DNA of 64,000 nt. Origin: Candidatus Woesearchaeota archaeon (GTDB lineage Archaea; Nanobdellota; Nanobdellia; Woesearchaeales; JABGUJ01). Below the pieces are notes generated by a model, which ran no database searches, was not told where the DNA came from, and saw only the letters and a list, made by a program, of their open reading frames with translations. Where the stretch lies: positions 131,534 to 195,533 of the forward strand of contig JABGUJ010000001.1 in the NCBI GenBank assembly GCA_018646625.1, written 5' to 3'. A program made the position numbers and the translations under genes. The stretch's first letter is position 1, and each line of letters starts with the position of its first letter. This document shows, in pieces, positions 49,116 to 59,337 of the stretch.

Positions 49116-49481
49116 CTACCAAATACCGTACAATTTGCCAATCCATTCGACAATAACATAGAGAAATATAACATAACCAATCACAAAAGAAACCAAAGCA
49201 ATCAAAACTGTATTTATTACCTTGTTCCTCTTACGTTTATACTGATCTAAAGTGCATATACCTTGTTTTCTAAAGTAAAAGAACAACGCAACTAGCAAAA
49301 ACAAAAAGCCCCCAAGTCGAAATAACCACCTATAGGTTCCATAAAATACATCGCTTAACGAGGCCGCGAAACCAACCGAAGCCAGACCCACCATAACTAA
49401 TATCAAAGGAGACAAACAACAAAGCGAAGCTAACACTGCACCTATGCCGCTAATAGTTAATACAGATTTATCAATTTTCAT
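49116..49481 (-). CDS. MerT-like heavy-metal membrane transporter
   Basis: Three TM helices; ASLCCLSPLIL Cys pair in TM1; loop Cys (GICT). Confidence 0.78.
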   Translation of the reverse strand: MKIDKSVLTISGIGAVLASLCCLSPLILVMVGLASVGFAASLSDVFYGTYRWLFRLGGFLFLLVALFFYFRKQGICTLDQYKRKRNKVINTVLIALVSFVIGYVIFLYVIVEWIGKLYGIW

Positions 49482-50056
49482 TTCAAAAAACTCCTTAAAC
49501 GCAAAGGCACAACCTTTTGAATCTTAATTTTTTGAGCATCAGTTAATTTAGTACACCCACCAATCTGACAAACTTTGGCTTTCACACCACAAAATCCTAA
49601 AATATCATTCTTAATCAATTTAACAGCACGATTACTCATAATTAACTTGTAGATCCATGATGCAGAACCCGTAGTCAAAAACACCAATGCCTTCTTACCT
49701 TTCAATAAACCAACAGGAATTTTGCCTCTAAACTTGAAAGCAAAACGTCCAACAAAAACTCTATCAATAAAACCTTTCAACACAGCAGGCATTGAACCCC
49801 ACCAAACAGGATAAATAAAAATCAATTTATCTGTAGCCAGAATCATTTTCTGAATCTCTTTGTTTCGTTTACTAACAGAATATCCGCCAGCAGTGTAATG
49901 CTCTTTCTCATGCAACAATGCATCGTACTTTTCAGCGTAGAGGTCAATAAGATCATATTTAATTTTATGAGACTTGAAATACTTCTTAACCTCACCCAAA
50001 ATAGTAGAACAATGCCCATTGGTTTTAGGATGTGCATAGATTACCAAAGGTTTCAT
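49478..50056 (-). CDS. flavodoxin-like NAD(P)H:quinone oxidoreductase
   Basis: IYAHP, DLY, YPVWWGSMPAVLKGFIDRVF, LTTGS. Confidence 0.92.
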   Translation of the reverse strand: MKPLVIYAHPKTNGHCSTILGEVKKYFKSHKIKYDLIDLYAEKYDALLHEKEHYTAGGYSVSKRNKEIQKMILATDKLIFIYPVWWGSMPAVLKGFIDRVFVGRFAFKFRGKIPVGLLKGKKALVFLTTGSASWIYKLIMSNRAVKLIKNDILGFCGVKAKVCQIGGCTKLTDAQKIKIQKVVPLRLRSFLK

Positions 50057-51831
50057 CGCACTAACCTCTTTACTGCTCTAACAATAGCAGAAGAATCAAT
50101 GCCGAACATTTTCCTCAATTGCTCAGGTTTACCGGACCTAGGAATCTTCTTAACATAAAGATGTTCAATCTTACCAACAACAGACATAACAACAGAACCT
50201 ATGCCGCCAAAGTAATGATCTTCAACAACTACAACTCGACCTTTACACTCCTTAGCATTTTTGAGCAAAGCCTTACGATCAACCGGCTGCACAGAATATA
50301 AATCAATCACTCTAACATCAACACCTTTAGCCTTCAACAAATCATACGCGTTCAAAGCCTCGTGCAAAGTCTCGCCAGCACCAATCACTAAAACTTTATC
50401 TCGTTTACTTTTTCTCAAAACCTTCAAACCACCAATCGGAAACTTCTCATTATTAGGATACACCACCGGGGTCTTTCCTCGTGTGGTTCGCAAGTAAGAA
50501 ACTCCTTTATGCTTTCCTAATTCTTTAACTAAATGTTCCGTGGAAACAGCATCACTAGGATACAAAACTAAAGCACCAGGCACACTAAGAAACATAGATA
50601 AATCTTCTAAACCCATCTGAGAGGCACCATCTTCACCTATACTTACACCAGCATGGGAACCTACAAATTTAACATTTGCTTCAGAATAGGCAGCCATTCT
50701 AATAAAATCATGCGCCCTCGTCCAAAACGCTGCAAACGTCGCAACAAAAGGAACATAACCAACTTTACTCAAACCTAAAGACGCACCGGCCATATTTTGT
50801 TCAGCAATAAACGATTCAAAACTTCGTTTAGGAAAATTATCAAAGAACGCCTGAGTCATAGTAGAGTTTCTAACATCACCATCGACTGTAACAACAGTTT
50901 TATTGGCCTTACCTAACGCAACAAAAGCAGTTCCAAACGCTTGTCTTGTAGATACCATTTCACCAAGTTTATACTTATTACAAGAATAATTTTTGAAACT
51001 ATGCTTCACAGAATTACGACAAACTTTAGATTTCAACTTAACATTAGAACAATCTAACATCTCAACCGCTTTATCAAACACACCACCCTTAAACGGTTTA
51101 CCGTGCCAACCCAATTTATTTTCAACTAAAGACAACCCATGACCCTTAAAAGTTTTAGCCAAAATAGCCAAAGGTTTCTTACTTTTTCCTAATTTACTAA
51201 ACGCAGATTTCAACTTTTTAACATCATGCCCATCAACAACAAGTGTCCGCCAACCAAACGCCTTAAACTTTGCTTCATAAGCTTTCAAATCATGACCATG
51301 CATAGTTTGTTGAGACTGTCCAAGTCTATTAACATCAACAACAGCACAAAGATTATTCAAAGAATAATAAGATGCACAATTAGCGGCCTCCCATACGGAA
51401 CCTTCTGCACACTCTCCATCGCCTAACAAAACAAACACTCTTCCTTTATTCTTGCTCAGTCTTTGCCCTAAAGCCATACCAACTCCCGCACTCAATCCTT
51501 GACCAAGGCTACCAGTAGCAACTTTAATCAAAGGAACTTCAGGCGTAGGATGTCCCTCTAAAGAACTATCAATCTTACGCAAAGTCTTCAACTTACTCAA
51601 AGGAATTAACCCTGCTTCAGCATATGCTGCCCAAAGTATAGGTGCTGCATGACCTTTCGATAAAATAAACTCATCTTTATTCTTTAACTCTGAAAAAAAC
51701 AATACGCTCATCACTTCAGCACAAGACATACAAGATGTCGGATGACCAGATCCTGCAACAGTTGTCTCTTTAATAGAATGTAACCTTAACTTATCAGCCA
51801 TTAATTTTAATTTATCAACCAACCTAATCAC
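50053..51831 (-). CDS. tkt: transketolase (single chain)
   Basis: GSGHPTS, LSKGHAAP, EGHP, TGSLGQG, GDGECAEGSVWEA..N, IAEQNM, GEDGASQ. Confidence 0.96.
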   Translation of the reverse strand: MIRLVDKLKLMADKLRLHSIKETTVAGSGHPTSCMSCAEVMSVLFFSELKNKDEFILSKGHAAPILWAAYAEAGLIPLSKLKTLRKIDSSLEGHPTPEVPLIKVATGSLGQGLSAGVGMALGQRLSKNKGRVFVLLGDGECAEGSVWEAANCASYYSLNNLCAVVDVNRLGQSQQTMHGHDLKAYEAKFKAFGWRTLVVDGHDVKKLKSAFSKLGKSKKPLAILAKTFKGHGLSLVENKLGWHGKPFKGGVFDKAVEMLDCSNVKLKSKVCRNSVKHSFKNYSCNKYKLGEMVSTRQAFGTAFVALGKANKTVVTVDGDVRNSTMTQAFFDNFPKRSFESFIAEQNMAGASLGLSKVGYVPFVATFAAFWTRAHDFIRMAAYSEANVKFVGSHAGVSIGEDGASQMGLEDLSMFLSVPGALVLYPSDAVSTEHLVKELGKHKGVSYLRTTRGKTPVVYPNNEKFPIGGLKVLRKSKRDKVLVIGAGETLHEALNAYDLLKAKGVDVRVIDLYSVQPVDRKALLKNAKECKGRVVVVEDHYFGGIGSVVMSVVGKIEHLYVKKIPRSGKPEQLRKMFGIDSSAIVRAVKRLVR

Positions 51832-52456
51832 CTACCGCGTTCATCAAATCACAAACCGCCTTACCAACATCGTCAGACATCATAATATAAGATCCAGAAG
51901 CTAAAAAGTTTGCTCCAGCATCAGAAACAAGCTTAACCGTATCAAGACTTACTCCCCCATCCACTTCAATATCCAATTCAGGATGCTCTTTTCGCAATTT
52001 TTTAACCCTATCAACTTGATCAATCAGAAACTTACCACCATAAAATCCAATCTGTACTGTCATCAACAACACTTGATCAATCTTATCAAAATAAGGCTCC
52101 AAAACATCTAACGAAGAAGTAACCTTCAATGCCAAACCAACTTTCTTACCTTTACTCTTAACAAACTCAATCACTCCATCTAAATCATCTCTACTTTCAA
52201 CATGAATTAGAAACGTATCAACTTCATCAATATGCTTTTTAATCCACTCTAAAGGATGATCCATCATCAAATGTGCTTCAAACCTACATTCAACATCAGG
52301 CAAACTAAAATCAAAGTCTAAAGACTTATTCGGAGCAAAAGTTCCATCCATAACATCAAGTTGTATCCAATCCACGCAATCTTTCACTTTGTAGATAGCA
52401 TCCAGTAATTTTTCAGGAGACTTTGCAATAACTGTTGGAACAATTCTTCTCATCAT
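51824..52456 (-). CDS. rpe: ribulose-phosphate 3-epimerase
   Basis: DVMDGTFAPN, EAHLM, HVE, LLMTV..GFYG, EVDGGV, SGS. Confidence 0.93.
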   Translation of the reverse strand: MMRRIVPTVIAKSPEKLLDAIYKVKDCVDWIQLDVMDGTFAPNKSLDFDFSLPDVECRFEAHLMMDHPLEWIKKHIDEVDTFLIHVESRDDLDGVIEFVKSKGKKVGLALKVTSSLDVLEPYFDKIDQVLLMTVQIGFYGGKFLIDQVDRVKKLRKEHPELDIEVDGGVSLDTVKLVSDAGANFLASGSYIMMSDDVGKAVCDLMNAVGD

Positions 52457-52899
52457 TTTCGTTCTAACTTCTTCAATTCAGAAACTCGTCTTTTATGTCT
52501 GGCCAAACCACTAAACTTACTCTTCAACCAAACTGAAACAATATCGCGTGCTTTATCATGTGGAAAGAACCTCCCTCTCAAACAAAGCACATTAGCATCA
52601 TTATCATGTCTTGACATTTTTGCAGAAAATTTATCATAACAAACTACTGCTCTAACCCCTTTAAACTTGTTTGCAGCAATAGCCATTCCCGTACCAGAAC
52701 CACAAATCAACACACCTTTCAACAATTTATCTCTGGCAACCTTTTTAGAAACTTTCTCAGCATAAACAGGATAATCATCTTTATCATTTTTAGAAAATGC
52801 ACCAACATCTTCATACTTGATCTTAGCCTTATCAAAATAACTCTTTAATCTCTCTTTAAGAGCATACCCTGCATGATCAGAACCAATAATCACCTTCAT
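52453..52899 (-). CDS. rpiB: ribose-5-phosphate isomerase B
   Basis: GSDHAG, DYP, CGSGTG, ANK, HDNDANVL, RHKRR. Confidence 0.96.
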   Translation of the reverse strand: MKVIIGSDHAGYALKERLKSYFDKAKIKYEDVGAFSKNDKDDYPVYAEKVSKKVARDKLLKGVLICGSGTGMAIAANKFKGVRAVVCYDKFSAKMSRHDNDANVLCLRGRFFPHDKARDIVSVWLKSKFSGLARHKRRVSELKKLERK

Positions 52900-52963
52900 A
52901 CTACTATAAACACCTCAGCCATTTATAAAAAAATCTATTATAATAAATAAAAAAAGAAAGAAC

Positions 52964-53383
52964 TTAGAAAAACTCTTTCTTCAAGATTGCCTTCTCCAAG
53001 CACCATACTTTTGCCCCGTATGCTAAAATAACCAGCAAAGCCACAAAGTAAACTAGAGAAAGTTCTCCGCCGTTCGACATCGGATTCCAACCTTTTGGTA
53101 CATGTGCTAGAAACCAAGCTCCAAACATTACGATTGCATTTCCTAATGCAGCCAGTCTAGTAAACAAACCAAACAGAATTGCCAATCCGCCGACCAACTC
53201 AACTAATGCAACTAAAGAAGCGACCCAAAGAGGAAATCCAAACATACCAGCAAATCCGCCAATGTTCATTTCACCAATTAAACCAAACTTTCCTGCTCCA
53301 TGCATAAAGAGCAACAAACCTAGGACTACTCTAAATGCTAAATAGAAGTAATCGCCATTTTTTTTGAAAAATTTATCAAACAT
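52964..53383 (-). CDS. DoxX family membrane protein
   Basis: RVVLGLLLFMHG..K, ELVGGL..LFGLFTRLAA, NGGE. Confidence 0.92.
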   Translation of the reverse strand: MFDKFFKKNGDYFYLAFRVVLGLLLFMHGAGKFGLIGEMNIGGFAGMFGFPLWVASLVALVELVGGLAILFGLFTRLAALGNAIVMFGAWFLAHVPKGWNPMSNGGELSLVYFVALLVILAYGAKVWCLEKAILKKEFF

Positions 53384-53467
53384 ACCTTAACACCTCCGAT
53401 AAGATAACTATTGTTAATATAACCATCAAAGATATATAAATTTATCCTTTAATCACCTGAGAAATAG

Positions 53468-54598
53468 CTAATTCAACCATTCAAGCTCTACAATCATATG
53501 ATCCTGAGTGGGATATTCTTGCACTAACGCACATTTGAATATTAATTCTTTACTTATCTCTTCCAAAACCCATGGAGCCACTAAAATTCTTAATCTATCT
53601 TTGTCAACTTCCATCAACTCAGAAGGAACCTCAAATCGACTCATAATTTTTCTGCGCAATCGACCTAAATCACTTAACACTTCTTTCTGATCTGCTTTTA
53701 CTAGCCGTTTTTCATAATCAAACCCAGGCATCAACTCATCTAAATACACCACACCGCGCAACAAAGTACCATCTTCTTGCACAACATCGTATTTCTTTGC
53801 AACACCCTTCGCTCTTAATTGTATTCTTTTAGAAAGCTGAACTTTATCCTTCAACTTACAAGTACAATAATGTACTCTGAATTTTTTCTTTAAACAATAC
53901 TTCAACAGCCTTTTAGCTAGCTTCTCACTATCTTTAACTGCATACGAAATTGAATCTTTAGGCATAAAACCTTTATCAACCAATTTGTTAGCATTACTAT
54001 CTGCAATCTCTAACTCATTCAAATTAAGAAACTTGATCTTACCATCTAAATAATCAATCAATTTTTTTGTCTCTTTTTCCCAACCAGGAACCACAGGAAT
54101 CTCAACGCCGACATCCCATTTAAACTTCTTAGCCAATTCCAATCTACTCCAATGTTTATTGTCCATAACATCAGGATGAAACCGAATCTCATCTAATCCA
54201 GCAGAATGCAACTTCTTCAAACTCTTCTCGTTAACTAACAATAACGGAGTATACAAATGAACATGAAACTTATCTCCAAACCTTTTCTTCAACTGCTTGA
54301 TCCAACTACAAGTTCTACTCAACTTAACTAAAGGATCGCCTCCAGTGATTCCAACACCTTTAGAACCACACAACTCAATTTCTTTAAACAAATCCTTGAT
54401 AGAAGATACTTCCCACTCATTCGCATAAGTAACATCTTTCTGATTCTTTTTATCAGAAATAGGACAATAAAAACAGTTCATACCGCAGATTCCTGTGATG
54501 AACAACACAGTCTTTCTTCCTTGCACACACTGTTTACATCCTTTAGGCAACCCACCTATTTTCAAAGAATAATATTCCGTTTTATTGATACATTTCAT
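53468..54598 (-). CDS. radical SAM protein (archaeal COG2108-like)
   Basis: LPKGCKQC, CGMNCFYC (CxxxCxxC), ITGGDP, HLYT, LDEIRFHP, NLNELE, HYC. Confidence 0.88.
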   Translation of the reverse strand: MKCINKTEYYSLKIGGLPKGCKQCVQGRKTVLFITGICGMNCFYCPISDKKNQKDVTYANEWEVSSIKDLFKEIELCGSKGVGITGGDPLVKLSRTCSWIKQLKKRFGDKFHVHLYTPLLLVNEKSLKKLHSAGLDEIRFHPDVMDNKHWSRLELAKKFKWDVGVEIPVVPGWEKETKKLIDYLDGKIKFLNLNELEIADSNANKLVDKGFMPKDSISYAVKDSEKLAKRLLKYCLKKKFRVHYCTCKLKDKVQLSKRIQLRAKGVAKKYDVVQEDGTLLRGVVYLDELMPGFDYEKRLVKADQKEVLSDLGRLRRKIMSRFEVPSELMEVDKDRLRILVAPWVLEEISKELIFKCALVQEYPTQDHMIVELEWLN

Positions 54599-54649
54599 TC
54601 TACTCACCAAATACAAGTTCTAGAATATAAAATAGCATGGAAAAATCAC

Positions 54650-55837
54650 TTAGAATATTTCATTAACCAACTCTTCATTACTCTTTCTCTTAGTAACCAA
54701 TTCATCCACACCATCATCCAATACAACTTCGGAAGGCATAGGTCTAAGATTATACACGCCACCCATAGAATAACAATAAGCCCCCGCATCATGAATACAA
54801 AGAAAGTCTCCTTCACTAATCTCAGAAATTTCTCTGCGAGATGCAAAATAATCACCAGTTTCACAAATATTACCTGCCACGTCATACCGCTTGGATGAAC
54901 CACCAAGATTTGACAAGTTAGTTATCTCATGATGAGCTTCATAAAACATAGGTCGTATCAACTGAGGAAAGCCAGAATCGGTACCAACAATCACCTTACC
55001 ACAATTTTCCTTTATGGTCGTTGCCCGTACCAATAAACAACCACACTCCGCAGCCAAATACCTCCCCGGTTCAAAAAAAATCTCTAACTGAGAATACTTT
55101 TCACGAACAGCACTAAACAATTCATTAACTTCTTTACCAAACTCAGAATAATTAGGAGGCTCTTCATCATGATAATAAGAGATCTTAAACCCACCACCAA
55201 AATCAACAAACCTCAAGTCTGGAAAATTTTCAGGAGACACGATAGCCAATATATTTCTCATTCCTCCGACCATATCAACCGTCTCAGGAATACCAGAACC
55301 AGTATGCTCATGTATACCAACAACTATTAAACCAAACTCAGAAACAACCGCTTTAGCCTTTTCTAAATCTTCTAAAACAATACCAAACTTAGTATCCTTA
55401 CCACCAGTTCGAACTTTACGGTGATGCCCCGCAACAATATCAGGATTAAAACGTAAACAAACCTCACTACCAGGATACAACTGTCCAAATCGTCTCAGCT
55501 CAGACAAAGAACCTATATTAAACAAAACATTACGTTTCTTAACTTCGCGCATTTCATCATCCGTCACCATATTTGCAGTAAACAAAATCTGATCTGCACT
55601 AAAACCAATTTTAAGTGCCAATAAAACCTCTGCAACAGATACTGCATCAATACTAGCCCCCTCATCCAACAAACATTTTAGAATACGAGGATTATAATTA
55701 GCTTTCATAGCATAAAAAAATTTAGCACCCGGCACCCATGTTTTTAAGTTTCTATACCGTTCTCTAACAACATCCAAATCATAAACATACAACGGAGTTC
55801 CATACTTCCGAGCCAACTCAATCTTTTCAACAGTCAT
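54650..55837 (-). CDS. lysA: diaminopimelate decarboxylase (fold-type III PLP decarboxylase)
   Basis: GTPLYVYD, YAMKAN (PLP Lys), DAVS..E, TKFG, HEHTGS, DFGGGF, EPGRY, CETGD, GAYCYSM. Confidence 0.88.
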   Translation of the reverse strand: MTVEKIELARKYGTPLYVYDLDVVRERYRNLKTWVPGAKFFYAMKANYNPRILKCLLDEGASIDAVSVAEVLLALKIGFSADQILFTANMVTDDEMREVKKRNVLFNIGSLSELRRFGQLYPGSEVCLRFNPDIVAGHHRKVRTGGKDTKFGIVLEDLEKAKAVVSEFGLIVVGIHEHTGSGIPETVDMVGGMRNILAIVSPENFPDLRFVDFGGGFKISYYHDEEPPNYSEFGKEVNELFSAVREKYSQLEIFFEPGRYLAAECGCLLVRATTIKENCGKVIVGTDSGFPQLIRPMFYEAHHEITNLSNLGGSSKRYDVAGNICETGDYFASRREISEISEGDFLCIHDAGAYCYSMGGVYNLRPMPSEVVLDDGVDELVTKRKSNEELVNEIF

Positions 55838-56625
55838 TTTAGAATAAGTGTACCCCCATCACATCTTCCAGGTAAAGTTATTCTAATATCGCCACGAAAA
55901 TCATAAACTCTAGAATCTAAAACTTTTTCATCAGATCTGGCTCTTGCTTCATCTCTAGTCATAGTTTCAAGAATTCCATCAGCCGCAGTTCCAGGAGTTC
56001 TCCAAAAACCTCCAGCATCTTTACCTTTCCAATAAACTATCTCAGGCAAACCATAAACTTGAGCAATCTGTACCAAAGTTAAATCAGAAGATCCTCTTCC
56101 AGTACACATAACTTCGCCATCACTATTACGCACACCAAAACCTGGAACCACAACAACTTGTGAGTCATAAGCAACCGAATGAGATGCAATAAGATCTGGA
56201 GTCGCATATAAATATTGGCCATTATTCAAACCCACTAAAGGATAGTTTGGACCATGCTCCATAGTTGCCACAGATACACCCAAGGATTCCAGTTCCGAGG
56301 CAATATTTCTTACAGAATTTCCTTCGGGTGTAACAAGCCTTGAAGCAACATCAGTAGTATTAAACTCACCATCATACGGTGTAGGATTACCTCTTAAAGC
56401 ATTATCAAGTTCAGCCCTCAACACATCAGAATCAGCTTTTAAACGTTTGGCAAAATCAGCAGCAATACTATCTATCGTACGGTCCGTTTCTCCTTCCAAA
56501 GCGGAGACCACAAAAAAAATCCGTTCATAGCTTTCGGTTAATAAAGCAAGCATACCTGCAACTTCAGAATAGCACGCCTCATCACGAAATACTGAACTTC
56601 CTGCCTTTATACCAATCGATCTCAT
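55834..56625 (-). CDS. aspartokinase-like amino acid kinase catalytic domain without ACT domains
   Basis: KAGSSV (cf. KFGGTSV), VVSALEGETD, VVPGF, GRGSSDLT, KVLDSR, GGTLI; ATGA overlap with lysA. Confidence 0.75.
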   Translation of the reverse strand: MRSIGIKAGSSVFRDEACYSEVAGMLALLTESYERIFFVVSALEGETDRTIDSIAADFAKRLKADSDVLRAELDNALRGNPTPYDGEFNTTDVASRLVTPEGNSVRNIASELESLGVSVATMEHGPNYPLVGLNNGQYLYATPDLIASHSVAYDSQVVVVPGFGVRNSDGEVMCTGRGSSDLTLVQIAQVYGLPEIVYWKGKDAGGFWRTPGTAADGILETMTRDEARARSDEKVLDSRVYDFRGDIRITLPGRCDGGTLILK

Positions 56626-56652
56626 CCGAAAGATCTACGGGAGCTAATACTT

Positions 56653-56697
56653 TAACATGATGTTATTATTATAACAAAAAAGTTTAAATAGTGTTAT
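56653..56697. promoter_or_regulatory. nested TGTTAT/ATAACA inverted repeats around a TATA box
   Basis: TAACAT-G-ATGTTA (56653-56665), TGTTAT-TATT-ATAACA (56661-56676), and ATAACA...TTTAAATA...TGTTAT (56671-56697). Confidence 0.5.
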
Positions 56698-56711
56698 CAC
56701 ATCCAAAATCC

Positions 56712-57371
56712 ATGGTAAACGTATCAACAATAGTACGACAGATCTTAGAAAAGCGACCGATAATACAGGCAGCATTAATTCAAAACATAATCAACTATGC
56801 AAACCTTGCAGAAAATCTCAAACCAAGCATAGAGAAAAATCTGGGAGAAGAAGTAAAAGAAACCGCAATCATAATGGCCTTAAGGCGTTATCAAGAAAAA
56901 TTATCTCAAAAAGAACACATAGATCCTAAATTCGAATTCTATTCAGAAATAATTTTAAAAAGCGGACTTTGTGATGTTGCATTTGTAAAGTCGCCATCAC
57001 TTCTAAAATCATTAAGAAAAATATACGAACTAGTTGACTTTGATAAAGGCGATACTTTAAACATAATACAAGGAAATTATGAAATCAACATAGTAATGAG
57101 TGAGAAATATCTAAAAGACACACTAGATCTTCTTTCTGATGAGAAAAAGTTAAATGTCGATAAGAATTTAGTCTCATTAGCGATGGGTTTCTCAAAAGAT
57201 TTCTTCTACACACCAGGAATATTAGCAAAAGCCACAAGAAAACTACATTGGCACAACATAAACGTTTATGAAAACATCTCCACACTAACAGAATTAATAT
57301 TTATAGTAAACAAAAAAGATGCCACAAGAGCATACAACGCTTTAATGGAAATCGTCGACTGTAACGATTAA
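56712..57371 (+). CDS. standalone ACT-domain protein with N-terminal helical domain (putative amino-acid-sensing regulator)
   Basis: IINYANLAE...AIIMALRRY N-terminus; TPGILA...INVYENISTLTELIFIV is an aspartokinase-type ACT domain. Confidence 0.78.
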   Translation: MVNVSTIVRQILEKRPIIQAALIQNIINYANLAENLKPSIEKNLGEEVKETAIIMALRRYQEKLSQKEHIDPKFEFYSEIILKSGLCDVAFVKSPSLLKSLRKIYELVDFDKGDTLNIIQGNYEINIVMSEKYLKDTLDLLSDEKKLNVDKNLVSLAMGFSKDFFYTPGILAKATRKLHWHNINVYENISTLTELIFIVNKKDATRAYNALMEIVDCND

Positions 57372-58555
57372 TGTTTATACTTACCAATACCATAATAGAG
57401 AACTATCGCAGGAATTAAGAAAGCCCCAACCAAAGCCATCGCATACTTAGGTCCAACTAAATCTGCAACATACCCGATAAACAACATCGCAATTGCTGCA
57501 CCCAAAGTTCCCGCCATCGATTTAAACGAGCCAATAGTCGCCCTCATCTTTTCCGGCAAAAATTTCTGAAACAAAGGACGTTCAACAGGACTAATAAATT
57601 GCATGGCAAGAAACATTACCGAAACTACAGCCATAGCCAAAAACATAGAATCCACAAATATAACTGAAAGTAAAACTAAAAAAACCACAAACGCAATCAA
57701 AGAGAGATAACAACTTCGTCTCTTAAACTGTTTTGCCAAATGAGCAGAAAGATAAGGTATCAACACCGCCAAGAAAGCCATGCCAGTTAACAAATAACCT
57801 AAATAGCTTAATGGCACATTTAATTCTATAAGATAAGGTTGCCACAACAAACCAGTCCCTCCAAAAAAGAACGACATAAAAACAGATGCAAAAACCAACC
57901 TAAAGACGACAGGGTGTTTTGAACCATAATTGAATGATTTCTTTGTTTGTTGCATCAACGAAGAAAAAGACTTATCGGTCGGCACTTTGTGAGTCTCAAC
58001 AGCAAAAAGCAGAATAAATGCAGAGATAAAAACTAGAATACCTTGAAAGAGCCAAAGATACTCCATGCCAATTGTAGAAACAGTAATCGCAGCCAAAACT
58101 GGACCAACGGCCACACCCAACGCCCCAATACTTGGCAATCTCGCATAACATATATCTATCAATCGCGATCTCTTAGCACACTTCAGATTAGAAACTATCC
58201 ACGCCTCATCCGCACCAGTTTGTAAAGTATGCGCCACACCCCAAAGAATAAAAACAACTAACAGAAGATAAAAATTAGTAATAAACGCAATAGATATTAA
58301 AGCAATGGCAGAAATAATATGACTCAGAATAACAGATACTCTTCGCCCAAACACATCCGCAACAGCTCCTGTTGGAATGTCAAACAAAACACTAGTGATG
58401 TAAGACATCGATAACAACAAGGAAACTTGAAAATAGCTCAGACCCAAACCCTTAAGATAAATAACAGCATAAGCAGCAATGAATCCAAAACTATAGAAAA
58501 ACTTAGACAAATAAAAAGGCCAAAGCAACTTCAACTCATTTTTCTCAAATTTCAT
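57368..58555 (-). CDS. MFS transporter
   Basis: FDIPTGAVADVFGRR, TGADEAW, MRATIGS; about 12 TM helices. Confidence 0.92.
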   Translation of the reverse strand: MKFEKNELKLLWPFYLSKFFYSFGFIAAYAVIYLKGLGLSYFQVSLLLSMSYITSVLFDIPTGAVADVFGRRVSVILSHIISAIALISIAFITNFYLLLVVFILWGVAHTLQTGADEAWIVSNLKCAKRSRLIDICYARLPSIGALGVAVGPVLAAITVSTIGMEYLWLFQGILVFISAFILLFAVETHKVPTDKSFSSLMQQTKKSFNYGSKHPVVFRLVFASVFMSFFFGGTGLLWQPYLIELNVPLSYLGYLLTGMAFLAVLIPYLSAHLAKQFKRRSCYLSLIAFVVFLVLLSVIFVDSMFLAMAVVSVMFLAMQFISPVERPLFQKFLPEKMRATIGSFKSMAGTLGAAIAMLFIGYVADLVGPKYAMALVGAFLIPAIVLYYGIGKYKH

Positions 58556-59337
58556 AAAAACAACCGTTGGTAATTCATAAAAATAATATCTGCAACTTCA
58601 TTAGCATCCATCTTCTTGATCTCAGCAATCTTCTTCACAGTTTCACTAACAAAAGTTGGCTCATTTCTCTGATCCTTGCCAGGAGCTAAATAAGGAGCAT
58701 CAGTCTCAGTCAATAAATTAGAAACATTAACTTCTTCAACAATTCTTTGAAAATGTGAACTTCTAACAATAGAAGGAGGAATCGATAAATACCATCCATT
58801 ATCCGCAGCACGTTTAGCTAAATGAAGACGACCACCAAAACAATGTAGCAATACTTTATTCATCTCATTCTTCTCCAACATTTCAACACATTCCAACTCA
58901 GCTTTTCTAGTATGAACAATAATTGGCTTCTCAATTCTCTTAGCCAAATCAATCATTTTCTGAAACAACACTCGTTGTTTATCTTTACCTTCTTGAATCC
59001 AATAGAAATCCATGCCGCACTCACCCACAGCAACAATCTTATCCTTCTGAGATTCAATAAAAGCAATTTCCTCGTCTTCATCAAACTTTTCAACAACTTC
59101 TCTTTGAGAACCTTCTTCTACTTCAGCCACCAATACTTCAGTAGGATATATTCCTAACGCAACCTTAACTTCATCGTACACTTCACCATATTTCAAAGAA
59201 ATTCTGTTAGTTCTTGGATTAATACCGTTAGTAACCATAACCTTCACTCCAGAATCAACTGCGCGCTTTACAACATCATCCCTATCTTTATCAAACAAAG
59301 GATGATCTAAATGTAAATGCACATCAAGTAATCTCAT
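58552..59337 (-). CDS. tatD: TatD family deoxyribonuclease
   Basis: DVHLHL, VGECGMD, VHTRKAE, LHCF, ETDAPY, RNEP. Confidence 0.95.
   Translation of the reverse strand: MRLLDVHLHLDHPLFDKDRDDVVKRAVDSGVKVMVTNGINPRTNRISLKYGEVYDEVKVALGIYPTEVLVAEVEEGSQREVVEKFDEDEEIAFIESQKDKIVAVGECGMDFYWIQEGKDKQRVLFQKMIDLAKRIEKPIIVHTRKAELECVEMLEKNEMNKVLLHCFGGRLHLAKRAADNGWYLSIPPSIVRSSHFQRIVEEVNVSNLLTETDAPYLAPGKDQRNEPTFVSETVKKIAEIKKMDANEVADIIFMNYQRLFL

Noticed and set aside
50053..52899. rpiB-rpe-tkt operon without transaldolase as a novelty
   Set aside because: Ordinary non-oxidative pentose phosphate genes; transaldolase may be elsewhere in the genome.
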